From NCBI GenBank assembly GCA_014382695.1, contig JACNJF010000107.1, positions 12,237 through 76,236 on the forward strand: DNA of 64,000 bases, read 5' to 3'. Source of the stretch: Gammaproteobacteria bacterium. GTDB lineage: Bacteria > Pseudomonadota > Gammaproteobacteria > GCA-001735895. The position numbers were made by a program, and so were the translations under genes. Under the pieces are notes generated by a model that searched no databases, was not told where the DNA came from, and was given only the letters and a program-made list of their open reading frames with translations. Shown piece after piece: positions 1-9,262 of this stretch (positions are counted from its first letter, which is position 1; every line of letters begins with the position of its first letter).

Positions 1-84
1 TTTCTTTGAGTTGGGAAAGGGCTTGGTGATTTCACTCGATAAGCGGGCGGTTTTCTGAATAAAATCTTCTGGGATAGCGCTCAT
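1..84 (-). CDS. thiC: Phosphomethylpyrimidine synthase ThiC, first 28 codons only (gene continues past the window start)
   Basis: The reverse strand from ATG (84-82) reads MSAIPEDFIQKTARLSSEITKPFPNSKK, which resembles the conserved ThiC N-terminus (FPNS+K). A GGAG SD lies about 6 nt upstream and a TPP riboswitch lies directly upstream. Confidence 0.7.
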   Translation of the reverse strand, partial: MSAIPEDFIQKTARLSSEITKPFPNSKK

Positions 85-133
85 ATTGGCTCCGGTATTG
101 TGGGTAAAGCAGAGCCATTCCGAACCATTCGAA

Positions 134-203
134 ATGCCTCCCTACGCAGTTTAATCTGATCAGGTTCAAAGGGTATTTCTCAGTCTATCGACACCCCTGG
201 CAT
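134..203 (-). promoter_or_regulatory. TPP (THI-box) riboswitch aptamer in the thiC leader
   Basis: The reverse strand reads AUGCC-AGGGGUGUCGAUAGACUGAGAAAUACCCUUUGAACCUGAUCAGAUUAAACUGCGUAGGGA-GGCAU. It has the hallmark GGGGUG, CUGAGA, ACCCUUUGAACCUGAUC and GCGUAGGGA blocks, closed by a P1 helix AUGCC/GGCAU. It sits 50 nt upstream of the thiC ATG. Confidence 0.85.
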
Positions 204-377
204 GCTGCATGGACCGATAATTAACGACCGGTCAAATTTGACCTTCCAAAGTATATAAAGCAATCCCCGAATGCAAGCATTTTCCAGTTTTATCCGGCTT
301 CTGCATTGACATCAGGGGTGGAATTCGTAACCTCTCAGCACCAACTTTTATATAGACTGAAAACAGAGCGCATAACT

Positions 378-1019
378 ATGAGCAATCTTGCACAAGCCAA
401 ATTCAATATGATTGAACAGCAGATCCGTCCCTGGGAAGTTCTGGATGGTCAGGTGCTCGCCGTATTCGATAAAATTGAACGCGAACACTTTGTTCCTGAA
501 CAGTACAAAGGTCTGGCTTATGCAGACTGCCAGTTACCGTTGCTAAAAGGCGAATCCATGTTGCCCCCCACCCTGGAAGGTCGTATGTTGCAGGCTCTGC
601 ATCTCAAACCGAGCGACAGCGTACTGGAGATAGGCAGCTGTAGCGGCTATATCACCGCCTGCCTGGCCACCCTGGCGGATCAGGTACTGAGTGTCGACTG
701 CCTGCCCGAAGCAACCGATCTGGCGTCAAGCAATCTGCAAAACCTGAATAACGCCGAACTATCCAAACGTATTCGCCTGCAGACCATCTCTTCACTGTCG
801 GATATTACCTATAACGATCGCTTCGATGCTATCACTGTTGGCGCAGGTTCTCTGTCATCGATACCTGAAAACCTGAAAAATGCGCTCGCCATTGGTGGCC
901 GACTGTTTGCAGTAACCGGTCAATCCCCGGTCAAACAGGCCCAACTGGTGACACGTATCAGCCAGACCGAATGGAGCAGCGTAACCCTGTTCGAGACTGA
1001 CATACCGCCTGTCGCCTGA
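378..1019 (+). CDS. Protein-L-isoaspartate O-methyltransferase family (Pcm-like) protein
   Basis: 213 aa from the ATG at 378; the ORF track starts at a TTG at 306. SAM motif I VLEIGSCSGY and the Pcm-like pattern (REHFVP.., MLPP.., GGRLF) are present. Confidence 0.65.
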   Translation: MSNLAQAKFNMIEQQIRPWEVLDGQVLAVFDKIEREHFVPEQYKGLAYADCQLPLLKGESMLPPTLEGRMLQALHLKPSDSVLEIGSCSGYITACLATLADQVLSVDCLPEATDLASSNLQNLNNAELSKRIRLQTISSLSDITYNDRFDAITVGAGSLSSIPENLKNALAIGGRLFAVTGQSPVKQAQLVTRISQTEWSSVTLFETDIPPVA

Positions 1020-1050
1020 ATATAAAACTCCAGATCTTAAAACCGTAACA

Positions 1051-1365
1051 ATGCAGCGCCTTAGCCCGCAGCAGCTGGATGCGTATCTTAAAACCCAGCA
1101 ACCACGCCTGATCGATGTGCGGGAACCCTGGGAGTTTGATATCTGCCACCTGTCTAACAGTGAACTTTTACCCATGGGTCATATTCCTGCGGCACTCGAG
1201 CGGTTCCATGAATCTGCCGAATATGTCATTATCTGTCACCACGGAATTCGAAGTATGCAGGTGATTAATTTTCTGGCACATCACGGCATACACAACACGA
1301 TTAATCTGGATGGCGGCGTCGATGCCTGGGCTCGGGAAGTAGATCTATCCATGCCGCTGTATTGA
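1051..1365 (+). CDS. Single-domain rhodanese sulfurtransferase
   Basis: 104 aa with the active-site loop CHHGIRS and the rhodanese pattern (LIDVREPWEF.., GGVDAW). Confidence 0.75.
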   Translation: MQRLSPQQLDAYLKTQQPRLIDVREPWEFDICHLSNSELLPMGHIPAALERFHESAEYVIICHHGIRSMQVINFLAHHGIHNTINLDGGVDAWAREVDLSMPLY

Positions 1366-1449
1366 ATCTGTAACGATTATCCTGCAGTCATTGATATAAG
1401 CCATGCCAGACACCATTTTTAGCACTCTCTATTATCACTGGACTTGAAA

Positions 1450-2763
1450 ATGAAACAGCATATCGGCCTCTTGTTAGCAACCAGCCTGCTTACCTTATCA
1501 ACGACCTCTGTGCAGGCCATCGACCTGGCTCAGGTTCATGCTCTGGCCATCAACCAGGATGCCCAGCTGATGCTCGCGCATAGTCGACTGGAGTCGGCCC
1601 GATACGCATTACCGCAGGCCGTATCGGCGAATCGACCACAGGTCAATTTAGCCGCCAACACCACCTTTCAGGATAAAGACAATTCTCTGACCAGCGATGA
1701 CCAGCAGACCAGCCTGGGCTTTACCCTGAGCCTGCAACAGAATCTGTACAACCCGGAAATCATCGCCCAGGCCGATGCGGTAGAGGCCAGTATCCTGCAG
1801 TCCGAGTCGGAATATAAGGCGGCGCTACAGGATTTAATCGTGCGTGTCACCGAAGCTTACTTCAATATCCTGTCGGCCAGGGATAGCGTCGAGTTTGCCC
1901 AGGCTGAAAAAAATGCCATCGGACGTCAGCTCGAACAGGCTAAAAAACGTTTTGAAGTCGGCCTGATTGCGATCACCGATGTGAAAGAAGCTCAGGCCAG
2001 TTACGACCTGTCGCTGTCGCAGGAAATCATCGCCAATAATGCTCTCGATAATGCGCGTGAAGCACTACATCTGATCATCGGTCAGAAACTCTCCGAAGCG
2101 CTGATACCGCTCGGTGATAAGGTCCAGCTGCTGATTCCGGAGCCTGCGAATGCAAGTGCCTGGGTAGAACAGGCACAGAAGTACAATCTGAATCTGGCTT
2201 CAGCCGAGGCAGGCCTCAAGGCCGCCAACGAAAACCGCAAAATCGCCCGCTCCGGTCGTTCACCCAAGGTGAACTTCAACGCCAGTTACCAGAGCAATGC
2301 GATCGATAGTGATCTGTCCGGCAGTTTTGATACCAACGACCTGACCCTCAGCGTGCAGCTCAACATGCCGTTGTATACCGGTGGCCGTACCGATGCAGTG
2401 ATCAGTCAGGCGGAAGCCGATTACACCACCGCACAGAACAACCTGCTGTTGCAGAAACGTCTGATTGCACAGCAAACCAGTATCGCCTATCTCTCAGTGG
2501 TTTCAGGCATCGGCCAGGTTAACGCACTGGAACAGGCACTGATCTCCACCAGAGCCGCACTGGAAGCCACCGAAGCCGGATTTGATGTCGGCACCCGGAC
2601 TTCTGTCGACGTGCTGAACTCCCTACGCGAAACCTATCGCTCCCAGCGTGATTATGCCTCCGCCCGCTATAACTACCTGATCAATACGCTGAAACTGAAA
2701 CAGGCTGCGGGTTTGTTAAACGATGACGATATCACTGGCATTAATCAGTGGTTAAGTCATTAA
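1450..2763 (+). CDS. tolC: Outer membrane efflux/export channel TolC
   Basis: 437 aa from the ATG at 1450. Signal peptide ..TTSVQA, and two tandem OEP repeats with a TolC-like helical pattern (LPQ.., YNP.., LY.GG..). Confidence 0.8.
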   Translation: MKQHIGLLLATSLLTLSTTSVQAIDLAQVHALAINQDAQLMLAHSRLESARYALPQAVSANRPQVNLAANTTFQDKDNSLTSDDQQTSLGFTLSLQQNLYNPEIIAQADAVEASILQSESEYKAALQDLIVRVTEAYFNILSARDSVEFAQAEKNAIGRQLEQAKKRFEVGLIAITDVKEAQASYDLSLSQEIIANNALDNAREALHLIIGQKLSEALIPLGDKVQLLIPEPANASAWVEQAQKYNLNLASAEAGLKAANENRKIARSGRSPKVNFNASYQSNAIDSDLSGSFDTNDLTLSVQLNMPLYTGGRTDAVISQAEADYTTAQNNLLLQKRLIAQQTSIAYLSVVSGIGQVNALEQALISTRAALEATEAGFDVGTRTSVDVLNSLRETYRSQRDYASARYNYLINTLKLKQAAGLLNDDDITGINQWLSH

Positions 2764-2792
2764 TCGGCGCAACCTAAAAGCATTCAACGCGT

Positions 2793-3719
2793 ATGGCCGA
2801 GCATAAATCAACCCTTTTTAGGGCAAAGGATTACCTTCATCCAAAATACTGGTTGATGTGGTTAACCATTGGTTTTTTAAGATTGGCAGCCCTGTTGCCC
2901 TACCCCGCGCTGTTAAAGCTGGGGCATGCAACTGGAAAAATTATTCGACACCTGTCCGGTAAAAGGCAGCGTATCGTCGACATCAACCTGAAGCTCTGCT
3001 TTCCCGACAAAACGCCTCTTCAACGTGAGCAGATCAAACGCCAGACCTATCAGAATCTGGGGATGTCACTGTATGAAATGGCCATGTGCTGGTGGTGGAA
3101 ACCAGAACAACTGAAACCGCTGGTGGAGGTTCGCGGGCTGGAACATATCGATCAATGCCTGGCGAATCATCGGGGCGTCATTCTATTAACCGGACATTAT
3201 ACCAGCCTGGAATTAGGCGGCCGACTGCTGGCCCTGTATAAACCGTTTCAGGTCATGTACCGGACCCAGAAAAACCCTCTTTTCGACAGCCTGTTATTTA
3301 CCAAACGTAGTCAGCTTTATGAAGCGGTGATCTCACGTAAAAACACCCGGCGCATGATTAAAGGCATACGATCACTGGTACCTACCTGGTATGCACCGGA
3401 TCAGGATTTTCGCCACGAGCGTAATGTGTTTGTGCCTTTTTTTGGCGTAGCAACCGCTACCATTACCGCCAGTACACGTCTGGCTGAATCAGGCAATGCC
3501 GCTATGCTGCCTTTTTTTCCACAACGAAAAGCCGATGGCAGCGGCTATATCCTGTGGATAAAGCCGCCTCTGGAAAACTTCCCGAGTGGCGATGAGATCG
3601 CCGATGCAACGGCGATAAATGCCTCCATCCAGCAGTTTGTTGAGCAGCACCCTGACCAGTACATGTGGGTTCATCAACGCTTTAAAACGCGCCCTCCCGG
3701 AGCACCCAAAATTTATTAA
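2793..3719 (+). CDS. lpxL: Lipid A biosynthesis lauroyl/late acyltransferase (LpxL/HtrB family)
   Basis: 308 aa with an N-terminal TM, the family pattern HP.YW.., GHYTSLE, QDF.. and PF.G. The stop overlaps the waaA start (TAATG at 3717-3721). Confidence 0.8.
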   Translation: MAEHKSTLFRAKDYLHPKYWLMWLTIGFLRLAALLPYPALLKLGHATGKIIRHLSGKRQRIVDINLKLCFPDKTPLQREQIKRQTYQNLGMSLYEMAMCWWWKPEQLKPLVEVRGLEHIDQCLANHRGVILLTGHYTSLELGGRLLALYKPFQVMYRTQKNPLFDSLLFTKRSQLYEAVISRKNTRRMIKGIRSLVPTWYAPDQDFRHERNVFVPFFGVATATITASTRLAESGNAAMLPFFPQRKADGSGYILWIKPPLENFPSGDEIADATAINASIQQFVEQHPDQYMWVHQRFKTRPPGAPKIY

Positions 3720-4948
3720 TGACAGCGGTCAACCCTCCTTTTAGTTACCGACTGCTTTCAGTGGCTGTTTTTCCTGTCTGGTTATTGCACGCCTGCTGGC
3801 AAGCCATTAAATATCGAAACCCGACCTACCTGTGGCATCGACTGGGACTGTTTCAAACCCGGTCAACACAACCCTGTATCTGGCTGCATGCGGCTTCCGT
3901 AGGCGAAGTCGAAATGCTTAAAGCGCTGGTTGAGCAACTGCAAAAAACACATGCGCTACTGGTAACCACGTTTACCCCGACCGGATTCCTGCATGCGCAA
4001 CGGGTATTCTCGAAAAACATCCAGATCCGGGCGTTACCGATCGACCTGCAACCGGTGAGCCGCCGTTTCATCCGCAGAGCAAACATCAAACTCGCCCTGA
4101 TTGCCGAAACCGAACTATGGCCGGAGACGCTTTATCAGCTTAAAGCACAGGCTATTCCACTGCTTCAAATCAATGCACGCCTGTCAGAGAAATCGCTAAA
4201 AACAACCGGATGGAGGCGCAAAATTCTGCGCCTTACGCTGGGCTATTTTGATCAATACCTGACCAGAACGAAGCAGGATGTCGAACGCCTGAAAACGCTG
4301 GGTGCTGATGCGGATAAAATCATTACCGCTGGAAACCTGAAATATGCCAATCTGCCGAGCGCTAGCGCCTGTCAGCGCCTGATCGAGCGCGATTACATCC
4401 TGTTCGCATCCACCCATGAGCCGGAAGAGCTACAGTTTGCCAGCCTGATGAAACAGTTGGAAAGTGGATATCTGGTGGTGATAGCGCCCAGACACCCGCA
4501 ACGTGCTGAGCAGATTATGAAAGCCTTAAGGCCGCTTGGCCTGAACATACAGCAACGCAGTCGCGCTCCGGAAATCAGGCCAGAAACACAGCTGTATCTA
4601 GCCGATACGCTGGGTGAATTAAAGTCACTGATGGCGTATGCCACACTGGTGGTGATGGGCGGCTCTTTCGGCACAGTAGGTGGGCATAATGTGCTGGAAC
4701 CTGCCGCACTTGGCAGGCCGATTATCAGCGGCCCCAGTGATGACAATATCCGCCAGGATATCGCCCTGCTAACACAGCAGGATGGCATCATCCAGGTGAA
4801 GTCGATCGAGCAACTGGCTCAAACCATTAGCCAGCTGCTGCAACACCCACAGCAGCGTGAACAACTGGCCCGCAATGCATATTCGGTGATGCAGACGCAG
4901 AGCCACGTACTGGAAAACTATCTACAGGCCATCCAACGCTATTTATAG
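3719..4948 (+). CDS. waaA: 3-deoxy-D-manno-octulosonic acid (Kdo) transferase
   Basis: 409 aa with WLHAASVGE, ETELWP and GGSF..GGHN.LEPAA, all characteristic of WaaA/KdtA. Confidence 0.85.
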   Translation: MTAVNPPFSYRLLSVAVFPVWLLHACWQAIKYRNPTYLWHRLGLFQTRSTQPCIWLHAASVGEVEMLKALVEQLQKTHALLVTTFTPTGFLHAQRVFSKNIQIRALPIDLQPVSRRFIRRANIKLALIAETELWPETLYQLKAQAIPLLQINARLSEKSLKTTGWRRKILRLTLGYFDQYLTRTKQDVERLKTLGADADKIITAGNLKYANLPSASACQRLIERDYILFASTHEPEELQFASLMKQLESGYLVVIAPRHPQRAEQIMKALRPLGLNIQQRSRAPEIRPETQLYLADTLGELKSLMAYATLVVMGGSFGTVGGHNVLEPAALGRPIISGPSDDNIRQDIALLTQQDGIIQVKSIEQLAQTISQLLQHPQQREQLARNAYSVMQTQSHVLENYLQAIQRYL

Positions 4949-5646
4949 CCATCCAGCAGGCGCTTCCAGTGTCCGGAGTTAAAATGAAACGGCTGGTTTT
5001 GCTGTCGTCTAGATTGCTGAATCTTATGCAGGGAGCGCAATAATCGTTGCAGGTTATGGGTTGTCCAGGAGCCCTGCTGTGACATTATTTTCGCCTTATC
5101 GAAATCGATCAGATAAAAATCCAGATTCGCAGTCAGCAGGATATTATTCGCATTCAAATCTACATGACAAATACCGCTCCAGTGCAGGCGCCGGATCAAA
5201 GCACCTAATGCAAACCAGTTTTCTTCAGCAAGATCCCGGTCAGAGATAAAGCTCGCCAGCGTCCCCTGATTGTCAACATAGCGAGTCAGAATAGCGGCAC
5301 GGTAAAACAGGCCGCTGGTTTGAATCCGGTAACCGGCAACCGCAGGTACCGGCAGCGCATGACGCTGTGCAAGCTGAACCACCTGATCTTCCCGATAAGG
5401 CCGGCTGCGAGTGAGACCGGTCCATACATACTGATCCTTTAACAGGCGTGCCACCAGCCCGCCACGCAGATATTCGCGCAACACATACCAGTCGTCATCC
5501 ATTTTAACCTTCTGGCTGGCACCACGACCACCCGCTAGCGTTTCTGAGTCGGTACGTTTACGCCAGCTGCTCAGATCGAAATCCAGCGCGCTTAATTTGC
5601 GCTGGATCGATGGACTTTGCTGAATGATGAGCTGATTAAATGACAT
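4939..5646 (-). CDS. kdkA: Kdo kinase
   Basis: 235 aa with GGRGA.., YVLREY.RGG, HVDLNANNILL and LIDFDKA kinase motifs typical of KdkA. Its 3' end overlaps the waaA 3' end by 10 nt (convergent). Confidence 0.8.
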   Translation of the reverse strand: MSFNQLIIQQSPSIQRKLSALDFDLSSWRKRTDSETLAGGRGASQKVKMDDDWYVLREYLRGGLVARLLKDQYVWTGLTRSRPYREDQVVQLAQRHALPVPAVAGYRIQTSGLFYRAAILTRYVDNQGTLASFISDRDLAEENWFALGALIRRLHWSGICHVDLNANNILLTANLDFYLIDFDKAKIMSQQGSWTTHNLQRLLRSLHKIQQSRRQQNQPFHFNSGHWKRLLDGYK

Positions 5647-5741
5647 GCCTTCACATTGTGATATTCAGGTGATATTGTAGCCTACTCATAGGTAAAGTAT
5701 CCCTGACTTTAGATCCCTCTTTCAGCGCATCAGGATAAAAC

Positions 5742-6335
5742 GTGGAAAACCCCAATCACAGTTCTTTTATCAGAAAAACCATACAACAGTCGATCGATCT
5801 AAAAAAGTCCCTGCTACAGCAGGACGAATTACTGCAGAAAATCAATGAAGTCAGTAATCGCTGTATCCAGACCTTCAAAAGTGGAAACCGTCTGTTACTG
5901 GCAGGCAATGGCGGCAGTGCAGCCGATGCCCAGCACATTGCAGCAGAGTTTGTGTGCCGCTTCAACTTTGAAAGACCGGGACTACCCGCAATGGCTCTGG
6001 CAACCAATTACTCGGTGATTACCGCCGCCGGTAATGACTACAGTTTCGATGAAGTCTTTGCGCGTGAAGTTGAAGCCAACGGGCGCGAGGGTGATGTGTT
6101 TATAGGCATCTCGACTTCCGGCAATTCCACCAATATTCTGAATGCGATCGAAGCGGCCAAACTAAAAGGCATCTACACCGTCGGTCTGGCCGGTGAAGCG
6201 GGCAAAATCCAGTCCTGCGCCGATATCTGCCTGAACGTCCCTTCCAGGTCCACACCCAGGATTCAGGAGTGCCATATTCTGATTGGCCACATACTGTGTG
6301 AAATCGTAGAAAACAATCTGTTTGCCCGCCTCTAA
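5742..6335 (+). CDS. gmhA: D-sedoheptulose-7-phosphate isomerase
   Basis: 197 aa from a GTG start. SIS-domain motifs GNGGSAADAQH, ISTSGNS and the HI..H tail. Confidence 0.85.
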   Translation: MENPNHSSFIRKTIQQSIDLKKSLLQQDELLQKINEVSNRCIQTFKSGNRLLLAGNGGSAADAQHIAAEFVCRFNFERPGLPAMALATNYSVITAAGNDYSFDEVFAREVEANGREGDVFIGISTSGNSTNILNAIEAAKLKGIYTVGLAGEAGKIQSCADICLNVPSRSTPRIQECHILIGHILCEIVENNLFARL

Positions 6336-6344
6336 TCCGTTTCT

Positions 6345-7406
6345 ATGGCCCCATTATCGTTTAATCTGCCTCCACAGTCGCTTTGCATACTACGCTTATC
6401 CGCTATTGGTGATGTCACCCACATGCTGCCAGTGATTGCCACGTTGCAGTCACAATGGCCTGATACCAGAATAAGCTGGATCATCGGCACGGTAGAATAT
6501 CAGCTGGTCAAGTCGCTGCCGGGTATCGAATTTATTGTATTCAATAAAAACAAAGGTTTGTCCGAGTATCGCGCGCTGCGCAAAAAACTGTCGGGGCGAC
6601 GCTTCGATGTATTGCTGATGATGCAGGTCGCAATGCGCGCCAATCTGCTCAGCCTGCTGATCAAGGCGGATATCAAAATCGGCTTCGATAAAGCACGCGC
6701 CAGAGATTTCCACGGGCTGTTCTGTGATGAGCAGATCGAAGGCGCTCAGCGCGTGCATGTACTCGATACTTTTTTTCAGTTCCTGGAAAAACTGGGGATC
6801 ACCCAACGCAGCATGAACTGGCTACTCAAGTCGAGTTTAGCCGAGCAGGACTACGCACAAAGCCTCATCGGCCAGCAACCCTGTGTCATCATCAACCCCT
6901 GCAGCAGTGCACGTAACAATAACTGGCGTAACTGGCCGGAATCGAACTACGCCGAAGTCATCGATTACCTGATACAGAATAAAATCCAGGTCATTCTGAC
7001 CGGTGGCCCGGCCGAGCAGGAACAGCAGTTCAGTCAGCGCATACTCGATATGTGTCATCTACAACCACTCAACCTGGTGGCTAAAACCAGCCTCGGGCAA
7101 TTGCTTGCATTACTCGAACAGGCCAGCTGTCTGATCGCACCAGACACCGGACCGGCGCACATGGGTACAGTCGCCGGCATTCCAGTGATCGGGCTGTATG
7201 CCAGCAGCAACCCACTGCGCACTGGCCCCTATAATAGCCAGTCTAGTCTGATCAATGCCTATCCGCAGGCGCTGAAAAAGTACAGCCATAAAACCGTCGA
7301 CGCTGCGCGCTGGGGAGAACGCGTTCGAGCGCCGGATGTGATGGAGCTGATTAGCGTCGCAGATGTCATTACTCGACTTAAACAGTGTTTACCATTCAAT
7401 AACTAA
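6345..7406 (+). CDS. ADP-heptose:LPS heptosyltransferase (glycosyltransferase family 9)
   Basis: 353 aa with ILRLSAIGDVTHMLP near the N-terminus and DTGPAHM in the C-terminal half. The specific step (WaaC, WaaF or WaaQ) cannot be resolved. Confidence 0.75.
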   Translation: MAPLSFNLPPQSLCILRLSAIGDVTHMLPVIATLQSQWPDTRISWIIGTVEYQLVKSLPGIEFIVFNKNKGLSEYRALRKKLSGRRFDVLLMMQVAMRANLLSLLIKADIKIGFDKARARDFHGLFCDEQIEGAQRVHVLDTFFQFLEKLGITQRSMNWLLKSSLAEQDYAQSLIGQQPCVIINPCSSARNNNWRNWPESNYAEVIDYLIQNKIQVILTGGPAEQEQQFSQRILDMCHLQPLNLVAKTSLGQLLALLEQASCLIAPDTGPAHMGTVAGIPVIGLYASSNPLRTGPYNSQSSLINAYPQALKKYSHKTVDAARWGERVRAPDVMELISVADVITRLKQCLPFNN

Positions 7407-7411
7407 TCAAC

Positions 7412-9247
7412 ATGCGTAGTAACCGAACCCGGCTGTTTCAGCTTGTACTGTGGACTATTTTCTTTAATGGTCTGATCGCCAGTCTTATCTCCCTGCAGTC
7501 GATTGTTGCCAGCGGCCTGCCCGAATCAAGTCTGGCCCGCAGTTACCTGCTACTGCAGCAACTCGGGCACTTCCAGTTCCTCGCCCTGGTAACCGGCTTA
7601 CCACTACTCCTGCTTAGCTTGCTGTTGCCCCTGCCGAGACTGATCACGCCATTGCTGATGCTGCTGTTCAGCGCTTTTAGCTTACTGATTTTTATTGATT
7701 ACTCGGTATTTACCCTGTATCGCTTCCATCTCAATGGTATGGTGTGGAATATGCTGACCGGCGGCGCAATCGAAGAGATTTTTGTATTCGATGCCGCCAA
7801 TATCGCCAGTGCAGCGCTGTTTATAGCGATCATTTTTCTAGTACAGGCGGGCATACAGTATTTTATCCATACCCGCCAGAATAGAACCCGCTGGATATCG
7901 GGTGGATGGGTCGCCACGATCGTGATCCTGATCCAGCTGTCAGGACAGTCGTTGTATGCCTGGTCGGATGCCTGGTACAAAACCGATGTGCTGACTCAGG
8001 TACGTTTTATTCCGCTGCCTCAGGTGATCACCATCAAACGCTTTCTGGCCGACAGGGGCTGGCTGCCGGATATTGCTGAAGATCAGAAGCTCAGCCTGAG
8101 TTCTAACGGTCAATTTAATTATCCGTTACAGCCGTTGCAGTGTGATACCCCTGCGCGCAAACCGAATATCCTTTTCATCATCTCTGACGGCCTGCGTTTC
8201 GACATGCTGAACCCTGAGGTGATGCCGGTATGGAGCGATCTGGCTCAGCAGAGTCAGGTCTTCGAACACCATCTAAGTACCGGTAACGCCACCCGATTTG
8301 GTGTATACGGGCTGTTTACCGGACTATTCAGTCACTACTGGTTTGATTCATTAAACACGCAGACCAGCTCGGTATTCATCGACCAGCTTAAACAGCAGGA
8401 CTATCAGTTTGGATTTTTCACCAATGCAAGACTGACCAGCCCGGAGTTTGATAAGGCCGTTTTTTCAACGGTGAGTGAACACATCCCGTTAAAAACCGCC
8501 GGTCGGGATGTGATCGAACGAGAGTATGAAATCACCCGACAGAGCAAGGCGTTTATTCAACAAAATAAAGATAAACCCTTTTTTGGGCTGGTTTTTTTCG
8601 ATGCGCCACATGCCTATGTATACCCAGCACAGGATGAAAAATTTACCCCTGCGCTGAAAAGCATTAACTATCTGAGTATCAATAACGATACCGATCCCTT
8701 GCCGTTTTTAAACCGCTATAAAAACTCGGTCTATTTTACCGACCGCCTGAGCGGCGAAATCATTCAACAGCTTAAACAACAGGCAATACTGGATAACACC
8801 ATTATTATCATGACTGGAGATCACGGCCAGGAAGCGAATGAAACCGGAACCAATAGCTGGGGGCATAACAGTAATTTTTCGCGCTATCAAACCCAGGTAC
8901 CGATGGTAATTTACTGGCCCGGCAAACAGGCTGCGCGTTACTCGCACCTGACCTCGCATGTAGATATAGTCCCGACCCTGATGCAGGAGGTTTTTTCCTG
9001 TAACAATAAGGTTGCCGATTACAGCAACGGCCGCTCTCTATTTGATCAACAGGAAAGAGATTTTGTGCTGGTGAAAAACTGGAATAATCAGGCCGTCGTC
9101 AGCAAGCAGTCGATACGTGTATTTCCGAAGATAGGACCGACTGAAACGCTCGACTATGCAAGCTACCAGAAAATAGAATCTGACACCGTCCCAAACACTA
9201 CCATGGCAGACGTGATCGAGCAGATTTCCAGATTTTATAAAAACTGA
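7412..9247 (+). CDS. YejM/PbgA-like inner membrane protein (DUF3413 N-terminus plus sulfatase/alkaline-phosphatase-fold domain)
   Basis: 611 aa with about 5 N-terminal TM segments, then ILFIISDGLRFD, STGNATRFGVYGLFTG and TGDHGQ. Confidence 0.65.
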   Translation: MRSNRTRLFQLVLWTIFFNGLIASLISLQSIVASGLPESSLARSYLLLQQLGHFQFLALVTGLPLLLLSLLLPLPRLITPLLMLLFSAFSLLIFIDYSVFTLYRFHLNGMVWNMLTGGAIEEIFVFDAANIASAALFIAIIFLVQAGIQYFIHTRQNRTRWISGGWVATIVILIQLSGQSLYAWSDAWYKTDVLTQVRFIPLPQVITIKRFLADRGWLPDIAEDQKLSLSSNGQFNYPLQPLQCDTPARKPNILFIISDGLRFDMLNPEVMPVWSDLAQQSQVFEHHLSTGNATRFGVYGLFTGLFSHYWFDSLNTQTSSVFIDQLKQQDYQFGFFTNARLTSPEFDKAVFSTVSEHIPLKTAGRDVIEREYEITRQSKAFIQQNKDKPFFGLVFFDAPHAYVYPAQDEKFTPALKSINYLSINNDTDPLPFLNRYKNSVYFTDRLSGEIIQQLKQQAILDNTIIIMTGDHGQEANETGTNSWGHNSNFSRYQTQVPMVIYWPGKQAARYSHLTSHVDIVPTLMQEVFSCNNKVADYSNGRSLFDQQERDFVLVKNWNNQAVVSKQSIRVFPKIGPTETLDYASYQKIESDTVPNTTMADVIEQISRFYKN

Positions 9248-9262
9248 TTCAGTACTGCGTGA

